Shown in pieces: positions 31,765 to 32,000 of a stretch of DNA of 32,000 nucleotides. Below the pieces are notes generated by a model. It saw nothing but the letters and a program-made list of their open reading frames with translations, was not told the DNA's origin and ran no database searches. How positions within the stretch are numbered: the first letter of the stretch is position 1; each line of letters starts with the position of its first letter. Both the position numbers and the translations under genes were made by a program. The DNA is from Candidatus Electronema halotolerans (GTDB taxonomy: Bacteria; Desulfobacterota; Desulfobulbia; Desulfobulbales; Desulfobulbaceae), in the NCBI GenBank assembly GCA_942493095.1, contig OW818675.1, forward strand, positions 1,530,001-1,562,000, in the 5' to 3' direction.

Positions 31765-32000
31765 AACGTTTGCCAGCACTCCAATGGCAGAGCCTTTTTG
31801 TTGATCTTGCCGCCCCCGGTTTTCGGCAGGGCAGCAAGCAGGGTGAAACGTCGCGGCACCATATAGGAGGCAAGACGATTCCGGCAGAACATGGTCAGCT
31901 CATCCGCCGCAAGCTGCGCCCCTGCTTTGGGCACAACAAAGGCCTGCGGCACTGAACCGTGCCGCCGTTCATTCATGCCGATCACTGCCGCCTCGTGGAT
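31761..32000 (-). CDS. AMP-dependent synthetase/ligase, C-terminal part (continues beyond the right edge)
   Basis: The frame is open to position 32000. It reads ...IHEAAVIGMNERRHGSVPQAFVVPKAG..L.ADEL..FCRNRLASYMVPRRF.....LPKTGGGKINKKAL, the AMP-binding C-terminal domain. Confidence 0.8.
   Translation of the reverse strand: MHEAAVIGMNERRHGSVPQAFVVPKAGAQLAADELTMFCRNRLASYMVPRRFTLLAALPKTGGGKINKKALPLECWQTL

Overview
This is a gene-dense bacterial chromosomal window of moderately high GC, transcribed mostly on the minus strand. I cannot assign taxonomy from sequence alone.

Housekeeping genes recognised by direct reading:
- hslR, a U32-peptidase pair followed by an FmdE-like gene, and an M23 peptidase
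- sbcD, lspA and ileS
- glgA and aroC
- a GT9 glycosyltransferase, a Wza-like exporter, a Zn-alcohol dehydrogenase and an AMP-dependent ligase

Accessory material:
1. There are two paralogous TPR loci (<1..1215 and 6605..8776). Each follows a small partner gene that carries a copy of the TPR protein's own N-terminal Gly/Asn-rich motif. In the first locus a VapBC pair sits between the partner and the TPR gene.
2. A complete Anbu-type cluster is present (circularly permuted ATP-grasp, alpha-E, Anbu proteasome homologue, transglutaminase). It is packed by overlaps with the membrane partner and the secreted TPR gene.
3. The ATP-grasp gene of that cluster is split by a 1281-bp IS4-family element (12991..14271). 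The element has 26-bp imperfect inverted repeats and a 9-bp target duplication.
4. A lower-GC stretch (about 19.6-23.4 kb) lies between ileS and glgA. It holds an HU-like/DUF4469-like gene, six exactly phased 23-bp iteron-like repeats, about 55-bp direct repeats bracketing a 1.8-kb module, and a three-gene HNH cassette.
5. A mazEF pair is wedged between aroC and glgA.
6. A perfect 213-bp tandem duplication spans the aroC start, next to an AT-rich orphan gene and a 3' remnant of an adenylate-forming enzyme gene.

No rRNA, tRNA or CRISPR array was seen. Many long plus-strand ORFs in the track are antisense shadows of the real minus-strand genes.

The most system-like and undescribed pattern I can support is the 'partner + TPR' motif-sharing pairs, one of them appended to the Anbu operon. 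That interpretation is inference.
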